Source: a virus
Strand: one strand, 5' to 3'
DNA: 64,000 nt
IMG/VR virus record: IMGVR_UViG_3300015171_000001
Coordinates: 64,001-128,000 of that record
Shown here: positions 1-10,604 of the stretch, in pieces
How the letters are laid out: each line of letters opens with the position of its first letter
How positions within the stretch are numbered: position 1 is the stretch's first letter
Translations under genes and position numbers: made by a program
The notes under the pieces: model-generated
The model's input: only the letters and a program-made list of their open reading frames with translations
The model's database searches: none
What the model was told of the DNA's origin: nothing

Positions 1-1
1 T

Positions 2-454
2 AGATTAACAAACAAAGATATTTTCAAATATTCTTCTTTAAATGATCTTACCTCGGCATTAAATAATACTGAATCAACTATTAGTAAAACACAAAGCAAA
101 ATAAATATTTCAAAAAATGAAGTTGAAAAAATATTTGATAATGAAGAATGTTTAGTTATTAAACCATTAACTCATAACGCAATTATGAAATATGGAAGTG
201 GGACAAAATGGTGCATTACTAGTGAAGATGGTGAGCATTATAAACAATATTTGGATCTTGGAATCACTTTTTATTTTATATTATGCAAAAAACTTCTGAC
301 CACTGATCATTTATATAAAATATGCGTTATTGTTTATCCAAATGATATGCGTAAATATAGAAATTCCTTGGATCAAATTATTGATTTTAATAAAATTTCT
401 TTTCTAAATTTATCAGAATCAATTTTTAAATCAACTCCACATAAATTACAATAA
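2..454 (+). CDS. Hypothetical phage protein, 5'-truncated by the window edge
   Basis: Frame is open from base 2 (RLTNKDIFKYSS...IKPLTHNAIMKYGSGTKWCITS), so the ORF-track start at 185 is internal; KYGxGTKWCI motif recalled from large-phage proteins. Confidence 0.6.
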   Translation, partial: RLTNKDIFKYSSLNDLTSALNNTESTISKTQSKINISKNEVEKIFDNEECLVIKPLTHNAIMKYGSGTKWCITSEDGEHYKQYLDLGITFYFILCKKLLTTDHLYKICVIVYPNDMRKYRNSLDQIIDFNKISFLNLSESIFKSTPHKLQ

Positions 455-492
455 TGCATTTTATTATAATTTCGTATTGATATATAATCTAT

Positions 493-1104
493 ATGTCGAT
501 TAAATATAAAGATTTCTTAAAAGTTGCCGCCAATGATTTTTCTTGTTTTGCACCAAAAGTAGGATGGACTCCAAAAAAAGGAAAAAGAAAAGTTGGAGAT
601 ATTTGGGAAGATAGAGGTGGAAGAAAGTGGATTCAAAAAAATGGATATGTCGCATCTTATAATGAACAAGCAGACTCTATAAGAGAACAATTAAAAAAAC
701 TGTGCGGTGTATGTAAAAAAAATATAGATTATGGTTCTAGAAATGATGTCGCAATTTATAAAAGTACTGGTAATTGTTTTGATTGTCAAATTGAATATGA
801 AACAAAATTGAGATTTGAAGGGAAATATCCATATTATGAGAAAAAAAAGATGACCCAAAATGAATTATCTGAATATTCTGAATTTAAACAAAAAATTAGA
901 GAAGGATATTATTCCATAAAAAAGAAAGAAGAAAATGTTTTTTATGATATTACCGGCCTAGATAATACATTGTTAAATGAAGACAAATGGTCAACTGTTG
1001 ATTCACAAGCATTAAAAAAGAGTTACATAGAAGATTATAAAATTGTTTGTAAACATATGTATAAATTAAAGAAATACATAAAAGAGTTAGATAAACATTT
1101 GTAA
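493..1104 (+). CDS. Zn-finger hypothetical protein directly upstream of terL (positional candidate for a packaging accessory)
   Basis: CGVC...CFDC cysteine pairs; stop is 1 nt before the terL ATG. Confidence 0.55.
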   Translation: MSIKYKDFLKVAANDFSCFAPKVGWTPKKGKRKVGDIWEDRGGRKWIQKNGYVASYNEQADSIREQLKKLCGVCKKNIDYGSRNDVAIYKSTGNCFDCQIEYETKLRFEGKYPYYEKKKMTQNELSEYSEFKQKIREGYYSIKKKEENVFYDITGLDNTLLNEDKWSTVDSQALKKSYIEDYKIVCKHMYKLKKYIKELDKHL

Positions 1105-1105
1105 T

Positions 1106-4100
1106 ATGAGTTCACATGAACAAGCAATTAAAAATAAAATTAAGGAAGAGTATAGACTGTGTGCTCAAGATCCAATTTATTTCATAAAAAAATACGTTAA
1201 AATAGAACATCCTGGAAAAGGTGTTATCCCATTTGAACTTTTCCCATTTCAAGAAGATGTCCTAAATCAATTTAGAGGTCATAATAAAAATATCGTCTTA
1301 AAAGCAAGACAAATGGGTATATCCACAGTTACTGCCGCTTATTGTTTGTGGTTGATGGTTTTCTTTGATAATAAAAAAATTGTTTGTTTGGCTACAAAAC
1401 AAGATACCGCTAAAGAAATTGTTACCCGTTGTAAATTTGGTTATGAACATTTGCCAAGTTGGTTGAGACCACTTGCTATTGAAAATAATAAACTTTCATT
1501 GGAATTAAAAACTGGTGGGAGAATTGCTGCTGAAACTGCTGCTATTGACTCTGCCAGAGGTAAGGCTCTATCTTTATTAATATTAGATGAAGTTGCATCT
1601 ATGAAGGATGCTGATGAAATATGGACTGCTGCGCAGAGTGCAACGACCCATGGTGGAGGCAGAGCAATATTAATTTCTTGTGTTACCAAAGATACATATG
1701 TTTTTACAAACCAAGGAATAAAACAAGTTAATGATTTTATAAAACACAAAAATATTGGAGGATATAATATTGAAAATTATTCAATATTGGGAAAATCTAA
1801 ACAAAGGACCGGAAATTTGTTCAAAAATAATGGAATTTGCGATACTATAAAAATAAAAACAAAATTTTCTGAGTTAGAAGGAAGTTCTGAGCATAAATTA
1901 TGGGCTTATAAAAAATCGGAACTTAAATTTGGGTGGTATAAATTAAAAGATTTGTCTTTAGAGGATTTTGTTTCAATACAATATGGAATGAACATTTGGG
2001 GGGGGAATGATTTATTAGATTATAAAACAACAAACAGAATTTATAATAAAAATAATTATCATTTCGACAAAATTACTCCCGCTTTAGCATATTTTTTTGG
2101 ATTATATATCTCAGAAGGATATATTAGTAAATCTTGCAATAAGGAAGGAAAATCAACAAGTGCTCGTATACACATATCTTGTGGAGATCCAGAAATTAAA
2201 TGGTGTTTTGAAAAATTAAATATAAAATACCACGTTAGAAATAATTTACAATATACTATAAACTCGAAAAATTTATTAGAATTATTTGAATATGTAGGAT
2301 TTGATATATCAAGAAGAGCGCAAAATAAAATAATTCCCAAAAGATTATTAGAAATGAGCAGAGAAAATATGATATATTTGTTACGAGGGATTTTTGATGG
2401 TGATGGAACTGCTTCAAAAGGTAATGTGTCGATTACATCAACATCTTCTATATTAATTGATCAATTACGAATAATTTTAAATAATTTTGGAATATTATCC
2501 TCCAGATATGTCCAAGACATAACTAAAAAAAATTTAGTTAATAAAAAAAATATTAATCCAAGTAATTTGCACATTAAAGGAAATTATGATAGTCATATAT
2601 TAGAAATTTATGGAAAAAATGCTTTGCAATATTTTAATGAAATTGGTTTTTGTCTAACAAGAAAACAGAATAAAAAAGAATTATTATTAGCACATAATTT
2701 AAATAGATCTTCTACTTCCGACATTATTCCAAATTCTGTTAAACTTGTTAAAGAATTAGTGAGAGTTTCTAATAAAACTACCACTTTTATTTATAAAAAT
2801 AACGATATATTTTTAAATTGTATATGCAACAATATAACAAAATATAAAACAAACAATGTATCAAGAGAACTTGTTTTGAAATTATACGACTTATTTGGAA
2901 AAAATTTATCTATAGAAAATAAAATCGAATATGATAAAATATTGTCCAGTAATTTGTGTTGGGTTAAAATAGATAAAATATTATATGATAGAAAAGAAAC
3001 ATATGATTTTTCTTTGCCGGAAAATGATGACGATTTTTGGTGTCACTCAATAATATATAATGGATTTTTAGGACATCAAACTCCAAAAGGTATAGGCAAT
3101 TTTTATCACAAAATGTGGGTAGACGCAGAAAATGGGGAAAATGGTTTTAATGCAATTAGATTACATTGGAGATTGCATCCAGAATATGATCAGACTTGGA
3201 GAGATGAACAAACAAAAACTCTTGGAGAAAAGGCGGCAAATCAGGAGTGCGAAGGAATATTTTTAGGAACTGGACATACTGTTATAGATGAACAATTTTT
3301 AAAACATTATAGAGAAAATGTAGTAAAAGAACCTATTTCCAAAACACAAGTTGGAGAATCTTTATGGACTTGGAAATATGCAAATTATAGTAAACAATAT
3401 TTAGTATCTGCTGACGTGGCAAGAGGAGATGGAAACGATTTTTCGGCAGCACAAATAATAGATTTAGATAATTTGGAACAAGTTGCTGAATTTAAAGGAA
3501 AAATGCCACCAAAAGAATTTGGAGCATTTTGTATAGGATTGGCAAGTCAATATAATAATGCGGTATTGGTAATAGAAAATAATAGCTTCGGCCATACAAC
3601 AATACAAGAATGCATAGACAGAGAATATCCTAATTTATTTTATTCAACAAATGATTTGCAATTTGTGGATGTTGAAAGAAATATATCAAATAAATTAAAT
3701 AGAGATGATAAAAGATTAATTCCAGGACATACTACAACATCTAAAAATAGAGTTCCAATGATTTCTAAATTGGAAATGGCAATGAGAGAAAAATCAATCA
3801 TAATAAATTCTCAGAGAACTATAGATGAATTGACTACTTTTATTTGGAATAATGGAAAACCAGAAGCTATGCGCTCTTATAATGACGACTTAATCATGTC
3901 ATTGTGTATAGCACTATGGATTAGAGACACAGCGATAAGACTTAAAGTAGAAAAAATTTCCCTTCAAAAAGAATTATTATTACATATGGGGAAAACTAAA
4001 CTTAATAACGAAAGACCTAGACAAGATAATTATAGTACCGCAGATAAAACTACTTCGGGAACACAAATATATAGTATCGGCGTTATGAATAAAAAAGAAA

Positions 4101-4159
4101 ATCCATATATCTATAAAATGGGAAATGGACATACAGAAGATTTTAAGTGGTTATTATAA
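1106..4159 (+). CDS. terL: Terminase large subunit (T4 gp17-like), intein-containing
   Basis: LKARQMGIST Walker A, LLILDE Walker B, ILIS/TP coupling motif split by an intein, nuclease motifs VSADVARGDGNDFS and NDDLIMSL. Confidence 0.95.
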   Translation: MSSHEQAIKNKIKEEYRLCAQDPIYFIKKYVKIEHPGKGVIPFELFPFQEDVLNQFRGHNKNIVLKARQMGISTVTAAYCLWLMVFFDNKKIVCLATKQDTAKEIVTRCKFGYEHLPSWLRPLAIENNKLSLELKTGGRIAAETAAIDSARGKALSLLILDEVASMKDADEIWTAAQSATTHGGGRAILISCVTKDTYVFTNQGIKQVNDFIKHKNIGGYNIENYSILGKSKQRTGNLFKNNGICDTIKIKTKFSELEGSSEHKLWAYKKSELKFGWYKLKDLSLEDFVSIQYGMNIWGGNDLLDYKTTNRIYNKNNYHFDKITPALAYFFGLYISEGYISKSCNKEGKSTSARIHISCGDPEIKWCFEKLNIKYHVRNNLQYTINSKNLLELFEYVGFDISRRAQNKIIPKRLLEMSRENMIYLLRGIFDGDGTASKGNVSITSTSSILIDQLRIILNNFGILSSRYVQDITKKNLVNKKNINPSNLHIKGNYDSHILEIYGKNALQYFNEIGFCLTRKQNKKELLLAHNLNRSSTSDIIPNSVKLVKELVRVSNKTTTFIYKNNDIFLNCICNNITKYKTNNVSRELVLKLYDLFGKNLSIENKIEYDKILSSNLCWVKIDKILYDRKETYDFSLPENDDDFWCHSIIYNGFLGHQTPKGIGNFYHKMWVDAENGENGFNAIRLHWRLHPEYDQTWRDEQTKTLGEKAANQECEGIFLGTGHTVIDEQFLKHYRENVVKEPISKTQVGESLWTWKYANYSKQYLVSADVARGDGNDFSAAQIIDLDNLEQVAEFKGKMPPKEFGAFCIGLASQYNNAVLVIENNSFGHTTIQECIDREYPNLFYSTNDLQFVDVERNISNKLNRDDKRLIPGHTTTSKNRVPMISKLEMAMREKSIIINSQRTIDELTTFIWNNGKPEAMRSYNDDLIMSLCIALWIRDTAIRLKVEKISLQKELLLHMGKTKLNNERPRQDNYSTADKTTSGTQIYSIGVMNKKENPYIYKMGNGHTEDFKWLL
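1679..3079 (+). mobile_element. Intein (467 aa) with LAGLIDADG endonuclease in TerL; C-terminal Gln
   Basis: Starts CVTKDTYV, ends YNGFLGHQ followed by T; LAGLIDADG-like blocks FFGLYISEG and LRGIFDGDG; removal restores GRAILIS-TPKG. Confidence 0.9.
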
Positions 4160-4194
4160 AGGTTTTACAAAAAATTTCTCGATATATATACTAC

Positions 4195-4584
4195 ATGTCT
4201 ATTTTTCAATTAAAAAAACTAATTAATGAACAACTTTCCCTCTTATCTGAGGACTTTGATCCAAATACCTACGCAGCTAATGAAAAATCTGCATCAGATC
4301 AAAAAACACAAAGAGCATCAGATATAAATAAAAAATTGGCAACTGAAAAAGATCCTCTAAATAAATTAAAATTACAAAAGGCTTACGCTCTTGCGATGAG
4401 TGATAAGTCAGAAGCAGATTCTAAATTTAATAAAAAATTGTCAGAAGGTTATAAAAAATCAGCATCAGATACAGATAATCAAATAAAAATGTATAATATC
4501 AAATTGCAACAACAAAAAAATAATCCCCAAAATAATAGCCCCGATAATCAACCAAATCAAAATAATAACAATCCAAATTCATAA
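4195..4584 (+). CDS. Hypothetical protein with (L/I)xE leader, putative internal head protein
   Basis: ATG 4195 gives MSIFQLKKLINEQLSLLSE; the ORF-track GTG start at 4147 overlaps terL. Confidence 0.55.
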   Translation: MSIFQLKKLINEQLSLLSEDFDPNTYAANEKSASDQKTQRASDINKKLATEKDPLNKLKLQKAYALAMSDKSEADSKFNKKLSEGYKKSASDTDNQIKMYNIKLQQQKNNPQNNSPDNQPNQNNNNPNS

Positions 4585-4587
4585 GTT

Positions 4588-7500
4588 ATGGCAGAAAAAT
4601 CAATATTCGCAGCACTTAAAAAAATATTCTCAAATGATGTCATCGTTCGTAATGTCGGTGGTAAAAAATTAAAAATAGTAGATCCTTCTAATGTTCAATA
4701 TGCTCCAGATGCTAATTCATTAAAAGATCGTTTTAATAGATTAAGATCTTCTAATTACGGAATATATTCTAGAGATATGATCATGTCATATCAATCAGCT
4801 AGAATTGAACTTTTTCGTGATTATGATTGTGTTTCTGGAGATACAATTATTCCTCTTCCTGATGGAACTAAACCAACTATAAAGGAACTGGCGGAGAAAT
4901 ATAAATATTTGCCACAAGAAAAATTTTATGTGTATTCATATGATCACGAAACAGATTCTATTAAATTAGGAAATGCTTTTCATCCCAGATCTAAAGGAAT
5001 TAAGCCAACATTCAAAGTAATATTAGATAATGATGAACATATTATTGGAACAGAAGATCATTTATTTCTTTGTAAAAATGGAGAATATAAAAAATTAAAA
5101 GAGTTAACAACAGGAGAATCTTTAATGCCATTTTATCAAAAAGATTTTTATGATAAAGGATATAGACATTTATACAATTTTTCTAAAGGATGGCAACCAG
5201 AACATAATGTTGTAGCAGAACAATTTTATAATAGACCCGTTTCAGAAAATGAAGTTGTACATCACAAAAATTTTAAACCATTTTGTAATTTTCCAGAAAA
5301 TTTGCAAATAATGGATAAAAAAGCTCATAGACAATTTCACATGGATCTAAATAATAAAAAAATATGGAGCCCAGAAAATTATGAAAAGCAATGCGAAATT
5401 ATAAGAGAAGCTGTTAAAAAAAGACCCATTTATTCTTGGAATGGAAAAAGAAAAGGAGAAAATAATCCCTTTTTTGGCAAAAAACATTCCGAAAATAGTA
5501 ATTTGATTAGATCTAAAAAATTAAAAGAATTTTCAAAAACCAGAAATTATACTTCAGAAAAAAATCCAAATTTTAATTCTAATATAACATTTGATTTAAT
5601 AAAAAACTTTTGTATTGATTTTTATAAAAATAACGGGGAATTTATAACAAGAAAAGAAATTAGAAAAGAATTGTCTTGCGATGAATCTATCATAACAAAT
5701 AGATTGAAAAATAACAATTATGATTGGAACAAATTTAAAAAAGAAATAATTTATACATTAAATCACAAAGTAAAATCAATTGAATATTATGGAGAAATTG
5801 AAGTATTTGATATTTCTGTTGAAAAGTATAACAACTTCGCTACCAACAACTTATTCTTACATAATTGTATGGACCTCGATCCAATCTTGGCGGCGGCACT
5901 AGATATATTTTCGGACGAAAGTCTAACAGAAAATGAATTTGGAAAAATTCTTTCTATTAAATCAGATGATGAGAATATTAAAGATATTCTTCATAATTTA
6001 TTTTATGATATTTTAAATATTGAATTTAATTTGTGGAGTTGGGTTAGAAATATGGTTAAGATGGGAGATTTTTTCTTAAAACTTGATATATCGAGTGAAT
6101 ATGGTGTCTTCATGGTTCACCCATTAAGTTCATATGAAGTTAGCCGAATAGAAACTATTGATGATAACGGAAATATCGTTTATAAGTTTAGACATGATGG
6201 TTCTAGAGGTCAGGGTGAGTTGGAAAATTATGAAGTGGCACATTTTAGATTACTTTCTGACACAAATTTTTTGCCTTATGGACGATCTATGTTAGAGGGC
6301 GCAAGAAGAACATGGAAACAACTTTGTTTACATTCTAATTCAAACATATGGACATCCAATGGATATAAAAAGATAAAAGACATAGAAATTGGAGATATTG
6401 TTTATTCATATGATTATAAAACATGCAAAACAATTCCAACTAAAGTCAAAAATTGTTTAAAAACAGGAAACAAAAAAACATACAAATTAAAAACAAGAAC
6501 TAGAGAATTAATATTAACAGGAGAACATCCGGTTTTAGTTAAGGATGTAGAAAATAATTATTCTTATAAAAAAGCAAAAGAATTAACAAAAAAAGACTAT
6601 ATTATTATTCCTACTATTGAAGATAATTTTGAGGAAAATAAAAAAATATTAATAAATAATACAAATTATTGTGTTAAATTAAATGATTTGGGAATAAATT
6701 ATGTTAAAAATACTATAAATTCCGTAGGAATTATTAAAAGAATTAAAGATTTAAATGTAAACCACAACTTTAAACAAATCCATGCATTTTTACAAGGAGA
6801 TAAAACATTACCTATAATTATTTTTAATAAAATAAAAGAAGAATTTAAAATAAATTATTCTCATATAAATTATCATATTGTTGGAAGTAAAAGAAATAGT
6901 ATATTAAATAAAGATTTTAATTTCGTCTTAACTAAAGAATTTGTTAGATTTTTTGGATTTATGTTAGGAGATGGTTGGACAAAAAATAATAATGTTTCAT
7001 TTGCAAGAGGAATTTATGATAATAAAAATGATTTTTATACAAATATATTAAAAAACTATTGTGAATCGGTCACAGTAAAAATCGGAACAAAGACAAGACC
7101 AAATTATCCAGGAAGTGTTAATGGATATTCAAAAGAATTATCTCATATATTTAATGAACTAGGATTCAAAACTGGATTTCAAAATAAAGAAATTCCTAAT
7201 TGGGTTTGGAATTTAAGCAAAGAACACAAAAAAGAATTTATAAAAGGGTTATTTGATGCCGATGGTTCTTGGAAGTGGGGTATTATTGGATTATCAAATG
7301 AAAAATTAATAACTCAATATAAAATATTATGTCAACAAACAGGCATAATGTGTAATGAAGTTAAATTGTGTGGCAATCGATCCGAACCAAAAACAGACAA
7401 ATTTGGGGTGACTAGGCAACCAACTTATAAATTATATGTTAATTTTAATAATGAATTTAATTTAGATTTTCAAAAAGTTTGTAGTGTGGATGAGTTTGAA

Positions 7501-8808
7501 GAAAATTCGGAAGTGTGGGATTTGGAAGTGGATAATGAATTACATAATTTCATAGCAAATGGAATTGTTGTACATAATTGTTTATTAGAAGATGCTATGT
7601 TAATTCATAGAATCATGAGAGCACCTGAAAAAAGAATTTTCAAAATAGATATTGGCAATATTCCGGCTTCAGAAATTGATGGATTTATGGAAAAAATTGT
7701 TAATCAAATGAAAAAGGTTCCATATATGGACCCAAATACAGGTGATTATAATTTAAAATTCAATATTAATAACATGATCGAGGATTTCTTTTTGCCAGTT
7801 CGTGGTGGGGATAGTGGAACGTCTATTGACACACTTCCTGGTATGGAATTTACTGGAATTGAAGATGTAGAATATGTGAAAAATAAAATGATGGCTGCTC
7901 TTAAAATTCCAAAAACATTTTTGGGTTATGGAGAAGCTGTGGGTGGGAAGTCAACACTTGCTCAAGAAGATATTCGCTTTGCTAGAACAATTACCAGAAT
8001 TCAAAAAATAATTGTTTCTGAACTAACAAAAATCGCCATATTACATTTATATGTACAAGGATATAGGGACGCATCATTGGTTAATTTTGAATTATCATTA
8101 AGTAATCCGTCTACCATATTTGAGCAAGAAAAAATTGCTATTTGGTCTGATAAGATTTCTTTAGCTAAAGACATGATGGAATCTCAACTTATTTCCAAGA
8201 ATTGGATTTACAAATACATATTTGAACTTTCTGATGATGTTATTGAAGAAATGAAAGAAGATATTGTTAAAGATTCCCAAGAAGTTTTTAGATATAAGAA
8301 AATAGCTGAAGATGGTGAAGATCCTGCAAAAGACTTTACAAAACTTGGAAAAGAAAATAATGATGATGGGGATACTTCGGGAGGTGCCTCTACTGAACCA
8401 CCAAGTGACTTAGGTGGAGGAGAAGGATCAAATCAAGGTGAAGAGCCACCAACTCCAAACGAACCTACCACATCTAATTCTACGCCTCCTCCGCCTCCCT
8501 CCAATCCAGCAGGAGGAACGGGTGCGCCATTACAAGAAGAAAAAGATCCTAGGAATGGATTTCGATTAAGCAAAGACACTACTAGAAAGAATCATTCTGG
8601 TTTGGGAGAAGATCCATTAGGAAAATTACAAAAAGTTAGAGATACTAAACTAAAAAAGGATCAATCTAAGAATAGATATAAGAATAAATCTCCATTAGCC
8701 CTTGAGACATTAACCAACAGAAAAGTACTTAAATATAATACTATCTTAAAAGAAAAGATGAAAAGATTATCATTATTAGATGAAAATAACATTTTATCTA
8801 ACGATTAA
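4588..8808 (+). CDS. Portal protein (T4 gp20-like) with two inteins
   Basis: MDLDPILAAALDIFSDE, EVAHFRL, PYGRSMLE, EDAMLIHRIMRAPEKRIFKIDIGN, IDTLPG, AALKIPK; about 642 aa after removing both inteins. Confidence 0.95.
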   Translation: MAEKSIFAALKKIFSNDVIVRNVGGKKLKIVDPSNVQYAPDANSLKDRFNRLRSSNYGIYSRDMIMSYQSARIELFRDYDCVSGDTIIPLPDGTKPTIKELAEKYKYLPQEKFYVYSYDHETDSIKLGNAFHPRSKGIKPTFKVILDNDEHIIGTEDHLFLCKNGEYKKLKELTTGESLMPFYQKDFYDKGYRHLYNFSKGWQPEHNVVAEQFYNRPVSENEVVHHKNFKPFCNFPENLQIMDKKAHRQFHMDLNNKKIWSPENYEKQCEIIREAVKKRPIYSWNGKRKGENNPFFGKKHSENSNLIRSKKLKEFSKTRNYTSEKNPNFNSNITFDLIKNFCIDFYKNNGEFITRKEIRKELSCDESIITNRLKNNNYDWNKFKKEIIYTLNHKVKSIEYYGEIEVFDISVEKYNNFATNNLFLHNCMDLDPILAAALDIFSDESLTENEFGKILSIKSDDENIKDILHNLFYDILNIEFNLWSWVRNMVKMGDFFLKLDISSEYGVFMVHPLSSYEVSRIETIDDNGNIVYKFRHDGSRGQGELENYEVAHFRLLSDTNFLPYGRSMLEGARRTWKQLCLHSNSNIWTSNGYKKIKDIEIGDIVYSYDYKTCKTIPTKVKNCLKTGNKKTYKLKTRTRELILTGEHPVLVKDVENNYSYKKAKELTKKDYIIIPTIEDNFEENKKILINNTNYCVKLNDLGINYVKNTINSVGIIKRIKDLNVNHNFKQIHAFLQGDKTLPIIIFNKIKEEFKINYSHINYHIVGSKRNSILNKDFNFVLTKEFVRFFGFMLGDGWTKNNNVSFARGIYDNKNDFYTNILKNYCESVTVKIGTKTRPNYPGSVNGYSKELSHIFNELGFKTGFQNKEIPNWVWNLSKEHKKEFIKGLFDADGSWKWGIIGLSNEKLITQYKILCQQTGIMCNEVKLCGNRSEPKTDKFGVTRQPTYKLYVNFNNEFNLDFQKVCSVDEFEENSEVWDLEVDNELHNFIANGIVVHNCLLEDAMLIHRIMRAPEKRIFKIDIGNIPASEIDGFMEKIVNQMKKVPYMDPNTGDYNLKFNINNMIEDFFLPVRGGDSGTSIDTLPGMEFTGIEDVEYVKNKMMAALKIPKTFLGYGEAVGGKSTLAQEDIRFARTITRIQKIIVSELTKIAILHLYVQGYRDASLVNFELSLSNPSTIFEQEKIAIWSDKISLAKDMMESQLISKNWIYKYIFELSDDVIEEMKEDIVKDSQEVFRYKKIAEDGEDPAKDFTKLGKENNDDGDTSGGASTEPPSDLGGGEGSNQGEEPPTPNEPTTSNSTPPPPPSNPAGGTGAPLQEEKDPRNGFRLSKDTTRKNHSGLGEDPLGKLQKVRDTKLKKDQSKNRYKNKSPLALETLTNRKVLKYNTILKEKMKRLSLLDENNILSND
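4828..5865 (+). mobile_element. Portal intein 1 (346 aa) with HNH endonuclease and NUMOD3-like motif
   Basis: CVSGDTII...FATNNLFLHN then C; VVHHKNF...NFPENLQIM...HRQFH; GENNPFFGKKHS. Confidence 0.9.
6325..7578 (+). mobile_element. Portal intein 2 (418 aa) with LAGLIDADG endonuclease
   Basis: CLHSNSNI...FIANGIVVHN then C; FFGFMLGDG and IKGLFDADG. Confidence 0.9.
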
Positions 8809-8836
8809 CAAATAAGTATATATTTATTTTAATAAT

Positions 8837-9718
8837 ATGCAAAAGATTAAACATTCCAAATTCCGTAACACAGGGATTCTATTTGAACTTCTAGTCAGAC
8901 AAGTTACTGCTGACATTTTAAATGGAAATGAAAATTCGAAAGCAAATTATTTTTTGCAAAAATATTTCAAAGAAAGCTACGAACTTGGGAAAGAACTTAA
9001 TTTATATCAATTAATATTAAAAGAGAACACGAAATCCGAAAACTTAGCAAATTGTTTTGTTGATATTATTTTGAAAGAAAGAAAGAAATTAAATAACGTT
9101 AAACTTTCGGAACAAAAATATAATTTAATAAAAGAAATAAAAGAGAATTATCCAATCGAAGATTTTTTAAATGGTAAGATTTCGAATTATAGACTTTTGG
9201 CGAGTGTATATAAAATATTTGAAGAATGTACATCAAATAAAAATTTTGATCCTAAAGAGTTATATGAATCAAAAATATATATTATTGAGTCTTTATACCG
9301 CAAACCTAGTAAGAAGATTGCATTAGATGAATTTAAAGAGAATTCAGAATTAATGGAAATTTATAAAAATCAAGATGAAGATTCAAAATTTCTCATTTAT
9401 AAATTATTAGTAGATTCATTTAATAAAAAATACAATACTGCATTTGATAATAATCAAAAAGCATTATTGAAGGAATATATTTATAATATTTCAAACACAA
9501 ATTCTCTCAGGGAATATGTTAATAAAGAAGTAAATTCTGTAAAGATAAAACTTCAAGAAAAATGTAATGAAAGTAAAGATAATACTTTAAAAATAAAATT
9601 AACTGAAGTTAATAAACAATTAGACAATTTAAAAGTCGGGTCAATAGTTAAAGATAATCAAATTATTTCATTATTAAATACTTACGAATTGATTAAAGAA
9701 TTAGAATTAAAAAAGTAA
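8837..9718 (+). CDS. Head-module hypothetical protein between portal and protease
   Basis: 293-aa helical ORF starting KIKHSKFRNTGILFELLVRQ; synteny; TATTTAT at 8821. Confidence 0.6.
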   Translation: MQKIKHSKFRNTGILFELLVRQVTADILNGNENSKANYFLQKYFKESYELGKELNLYQLILKENTKSENLANCFVDIILKERKKLNNVKLSEQKYNLIKEIKENYPIEDFLNGKISNYRLLASVYKIFEECTSNKNFDPKELYESKIYIIESLYRKPSKKIALDEFKENSELMEIYKNQDEDSKFLIYKLLVDSFNKKYNTAFDNNQKALLKEYIYNISNTNSLREYVNKEVNSVKIKLQEKCNESKDNTLKIKLTEVNKQLDNLKVGSIVKDNQIISLLNTYELIKELELKK

Positions 9719-10191
9719 TGAAAAAATATTCTTTAAAACATTTACTTGAGTCGGAAAATCTTGCTGAAGAACTGGAAGAAATTTCTGGAGCTTCTGCTGC
9801 GGGTGCATATAATACACCATTTGCATTTTCAAAAAATAAAAAAGGAAATGTTAAGGCGGCTGAATCTGAGGGATATACATTAGCAAAGAATGATAATAGA
9901 AATCAGATTAAATATGAAAGTACTTCAAAATTAATAGAAGGAAGATCTAGATATTTGAATTTCAAAGAGAGCGAAACTTATAAGAAACCTAGTGCAAAAA
10001 TTAGTTTTTGTATTAGAGAGATAAAGAAGATGATTAAAGAAGTAAATTATTTAACAAAAATTGGTACTAAACTAAAAGAAGAAACTAATAGTACTCCAGA
10101 TTTATATTGGAAAAGATCATTACAGGATTTACAAGAATTTGATTCATTGATTGAAGAATTAAAAAGAAATTTAGTTAGTTTCAGAAAATAA
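9718..10191 (+). CDS. Hypothetical protein with (L/I)xE leader
   Basis: MKKYSLKHLLE; stop/start overlap with both neighbours. Confidence 0.6.
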   Translation: MKKYSLKHLLESENLAEELEEISGASAAGAYNTPFAFSKNKKGNVKAAESEGYTLAKNDNRNQIKYESTSKLIEGRSRYLNFKESETYKKPSAKISFCIREIKKMIKEVNYLTKIGTKLKEETNSTPDLYWKRSLQDLQEFDSLIEELKRNLVSFRK

Positions 10192-10592
10192 TGAGTGGAA
10201 TTAATTTACATAGTATAGTAAAAGAGATTCTTGATTCTCCCGTGGGTAATTCTGAAAAGAATGTAGATTTGTTAAATGCATATTCTGCTTTTATAAAAAA
10301 AATAAATGAATCCAAATCGGTTATTATTAATAATTTTCAAAACGGACTTAAAAAAACATTCATTAATAAAAGAATAAAAATTAGAGCGAAAAAATCTAAT
10401 CAATATAGTGTTGAACAAGAATATACTATATTAGTAAAAACTATCACTGTTTCTCCTTTTGAGAAAGAATATATTATTATTTTTAAAGATGATAAGAATG
10501 TCCCATATTACCTTTCTAATGATTTTAATCCAAAAATTATAGAAAGTTCTGTAAATTCTGCCCCAAATGTAACTTCTGGAGAAAATATTTAA
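10191..10592 (+). CDS. Hypothetical protein with leader motif
   Basis: MSGINLHSIVKEIL; coupled to the upstream gene. Confidence 0.55.
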   Translation: MSGINLHSIVKEILDSPVGNSEKNVDLLNAYSAFIKKINESKSVIINNFQNGLKKTFINKRIKIRAKKSNQYSVEQEYTILVKTITVSPFEKEYIIIFKDDKNVPYYLSNDFNPKIIESSVNSAPNVTSGENI

Positions 10593-10604
10593 TATTTATA
10601 ATTT

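Noticed and set aside
493-1104. Firm terminase small subunit call
   Set aside because: Only position supports it; no recognisable TerS motif
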